Origin: a virus
Lineage: Duplodnaviria > Caudoviricetes
DNA: 36,786 bases
Virus record (IMG/VR): IMGVR_UViG_3300012940_000056
Span: 1-36,786 of that record
Direction: 5' to 3' (one strand)
In this document: piece by piece, positions 35,801-36,786 of the stretch
How the letters are laid out: every line of letters begins with the position of its first letter
Numbering within the stretch: the first letter of the stretch is position 1
Position numbers and translations under genes: made by a program
The notes under the pieces: model-generated
Database searches by the model: none
What the model was told of the DNA's origin: nothing
The model's input: only the letters and a program-made list of their open reading frames with translations

Positions 35801-36786
35801 CGTAAGCGCGAGATCAAGCGCGCGAATCGGCGCGGCGTGGACTACGACACGCAACATCGCACCTTCGCGAGCTACGCCAAGAGTGCGGCGTACTACACGT
35901 CGCAGCTCCGCTTCGGCTGGAAGATGGCCGAATCGCTGATCGACATGCAGAAGTACGTCGAGGAAACAGCGAAGGGCGAGCACGACTCGGGGCTGTCGCC
36001 GATCCGCATGGGCGAAGTTGTTCGTGAGATCAACACACGCGACAAGCTGACACACGATCACGTGGAAGTCTCGAAGCTCGTACGCGGAGGCACGGAGCTG
36101 TCGCAGTTCATGATGCTGACGAGTCCGTCGTATTGGATGATCAACGCCACGCAGCCGTACATGGTGACGCTGCCGTGGCTCGCGGCGCGCTCGTCGATCG
36201 GTGAAGCAACGGCTGCGCTCGCGACGGCACAGAAGCTGATCCTCTCGCCGATCGTGAATCAGATGGGCGAATCGTTCGGCGGTCTGAAAGCGCTGTGGTC
36301 GAAGGCCGGTGCCGAGAAAGCATTCACTGTGCTGGAGCAGGTCGAAGAGCACATCAAGCAGCGCGGCGGCGCGCGTGCGGATGAGTACATCGCCATGCTC
36401 AACAAGCTGAAGCGCGACTCGATCATCGATCTGAGCTTCGTCGCAGAGCTGCGCGATATTGCCGAGGGACAGAACACGTCTGCCACACAGCGTGTGCTCG
36501 ATGCCTCTCGGATCATGTCGCACCTGACCGAAGTGAACAACCGCATCATGAGCGCCATCGCTGCGTACGATCTCTACCGCAACAAGGGCGCGACGGTGTT
36601 CCAAGCCGAAGAGTTCGCGAAGCAGGCGGTGTCCCTGACGCAGTTCAACTATTCGTCAGGCAACGCACCGCGTCTCTTCCAAGCTCGGGGACCGCTCGGC
36701 CAGATGGGTCCGCTGATCTTCCAGTTCATGAAGTACCCGCAGCACATGTATGCGCTGCTGATCGACAACTTCCGCCGTGCCGTGTA
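29867..36786 (+). CDS. giant internal virion / polyvalent-type protein (>2300 aa, 3' truncated) with zincin HExxH and PLxRFG motifs
   Basis: Absent from the ORF track because it has no stop in the window. ATG at 29867 (MATFEELFPDQ...); LHEMVHAAT (HEMVH 34229-34243), DEFVAEAF (~34412-34435) and YFPLMRFGDY (PLMRFG 35384-35401) all lie in this frame. Confidence 0.88.
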   Translation, partial: MATFEELFPDQPQEPFVPIETGRVDPQLRAARARARTAIDVSGVSDGGFGDAFGDLITQAPSAPDTGGEVSAGDYGKAAIGGVGQLGQAAAGAGEYFAGRIAGERNTPFEQAFGDLANTFTGGRRAAGEFAQSWFDSMSPEAQARAAREVLTLDPNKTIWQGGPGEFLSSVGLKMAQSAPSTLVTLLPGTLIMRAGVGKGAIAYLGASEGGLSLGSIAANIAEEVEQAPEAELMQSPRYQQLRQQMGEAQARQALIREAQGYAPVIGGLVVGAISAAAGRYLEPVFADKAGGLLTRFGRGFTSEAAQESGQSGAEQVAQNVAAQVFDTSRGTFEGVPESMTQGALIGGAMGGTTLAAVGPRPQPRTAIPTGEVTPTPPAGPSPVESAPEPFQRVFREQQPPPGGWRGGDIENANLPDIDSAGQRLISAGPVDPAIQAALNARAENLIQDMFEQPGPTPQQEQAAYLQRPWPVQQTEMELPQAQTGMVPSGPPSQLPLGIRERVRGGPPVTIEPTPAQPLVEDTSAPAGFSQERLPTGDLVAGRRPTRADFMRARAEQQRGEMYRGTVRDPRQQDMFDQPQLMADEPSAEPIGDLNAQLQDLADPDSTRLGVYLSPANMQQIGDVPTVGVPLANFDGKGGTLIAKNRKVAEELLAMRDQGVADMQEILGLATGAGGGKPLGADIAVQQRDEQGNVVRESLVASPEEADALASQFDEPGREGVILSAGMAIKRRAQRIAAEQQATRQRDIEKKARRGVEDVGVTDATLESDAKNIAVRYQTLKTQLEEAEKAQSDAPTKAERFKARTTAGRIRGEMGRLREAAEAEARRVRPKQHFEDTRKSLEEMTDEQIDKLPDEQLEELFREAANVASGSRVKRTATKDETREVAEADASTTFTPHGKTIEEIIAAHPARSQKLKLIGRVKRMLRRRAMGGKTKTAPITGKAGLRKGVAGSEPTPVRKSELRPTKALDIEPPREMSSTERAKHNARVRKVYNTLDKRVQAFATRAEELNQQLAQQSEAREADGNPPQSARDAIYGRAYLNTLMRYGQMLQALRPRSTAGLKEVERFNALADKLLDAKPEKFLKNLATATMAESDIQARTAGKAALRIDPGALKLMGSRRQRIAHALESTANLREKIARAKRLHDVWHKNAKFEQHVAPLMQKLIGYVTHDTSLANITSERRGLGYVPTFNEMRNLRYALRDFKQTDKEQLYKPLKRWFEEYGYKFDENGDLVLAKNAAQFDYMQPDKLLENDRNAFRNAPLNYNQKVAAEKARKLKAMMDKERARRAALTPAQRRREDLTLANRIEADRRKGMSYEQRKALEALDRRGLNLELMDLNNDIPSLRRAAEAIAAVMEDQSSVARGTEILRKIAATLPDNHPYQPLVQRLIALNMDDLIVGWDRSGKLTPNAFANYKEQRDPTGEVNRVIRFNRPKFEELRAAGQDPSQFFVHAMLHEMVHAATAGAIKNNPRVKAAMWAIMRHARQAAKDQNITLIQGLTKAGDLVEFYGFRDNSVDEFVAEAFTNQQFQNKLREIKLEPNRTVWQAILDLVKRLLGMENTPQADNVLDAVLATTDKLFTGELQLTRGAERTLDIKDTGVVQSIANTIDKVMQSSRVTRDLRERAKNTIEGSKEGGSRFLLSALTMEQIRDFYSNNFGGGRGPLSEYMKAFFQRNADNSANMEQADKLSRRWTALVEEHGQEEGLKLSRLMTEATLYGIHPDEPLQSEANKHVTSVPQKQRHADLAKRYRALNGDFRKLYHDVAAFYDESLRREVNLMTLNALRATVEGDFNYTEEDVTRKKLNTIAGMEKEFGDRLGDNERKIIARLARLPDMRVGPYFPLMRFGDYVVTAEKVKERKHFDDKRAALDYAQEQRENDPTLSVSSPVEDDGGWFVTVKEKEVRMAETPSEAEQNRQDMIGEYGVDNVSQVQLKAQLYSRGATIDSNSGLKTILNKLDGNPAAQAAIKDFYLRALSDGAFRKREIKRANRRGVDYDTQHRTFASYAKSAAYYTSQLRFGWKMAESLIDMQKYVEETAKGEHDSGLSPIRMGEVVREINTRDKLTHDHVEVSKLVRGGTELSQFMMLTSPSYWMINATQPYMVTLPWLAARSSIGEATAALATAQKLILSPIVNQMGESFGGLKALWSKAGAEKAFTVLEQVEEHIKQRGGARADEYIAMLNKLKRDSIIDLSFVAELRDIAEGQNTSATQRVLDASRIMSHLTEVNNRIMSAIAAYDLYRNKGATVFQAEEFAKQAVSLTQFNYSSGNAPRLFQARGPLGQMGPLIFQFMKYPQHMYALLIDNFRRAV

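Noticed and set aside
25332-36604. Long minus-strand ORFs (e.g. 26596..27726, 27608..28816, 28877..29947, 30077..31348, 35675..36604)
   Set aside because: Antisense shadows of GC3-biased plus-strand genes; no RBS or recognisable motifs.

Overview
This window is a 36.8-kb piece of a high-GC tailed dsDNA phage, most likely podovirus-like: there is no tape measure or major tail tube, but there are tubular/nozzle proteins and large ejection proteins. The host is probably Gram-negative (inference). From left to right it holds: small early/middle genes, including a ribbon-helix-helix protein, a DUF2829/Tad2-like anti-defence protein and thyX; a 7-gene cluster of 4 glycosyltransferase-like and 3 SAM-methyltransferase genes; terminase large and small subunits on the minus strand, divergent from the portal; portal, small head proteins, scaffold and major capsid protein; adaptor, tail and fibre genes, with one N-terminal domain present in three tandem copies; GH108 endolysin and a holin; a GNAT; two ejection proteins; and a >2300-aa polyvalent-type protein (HExxH zincin plus PLxRFG motif) that runs off the right end. 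The strongest leads are (1) the cytoplasmic glycan-building and methylating operon beside the terminase, a candidate virion-glycosylation or DNA-hypermodification system, and (2) two short peptide motifs, [YM]xxGG and [RK][RK]AL[DT], shared by portal, small head proteins and ejection proteins, which may be capsid-targeting or processing signals. All family assignments come from motifs recognised by eye, not from database searches.
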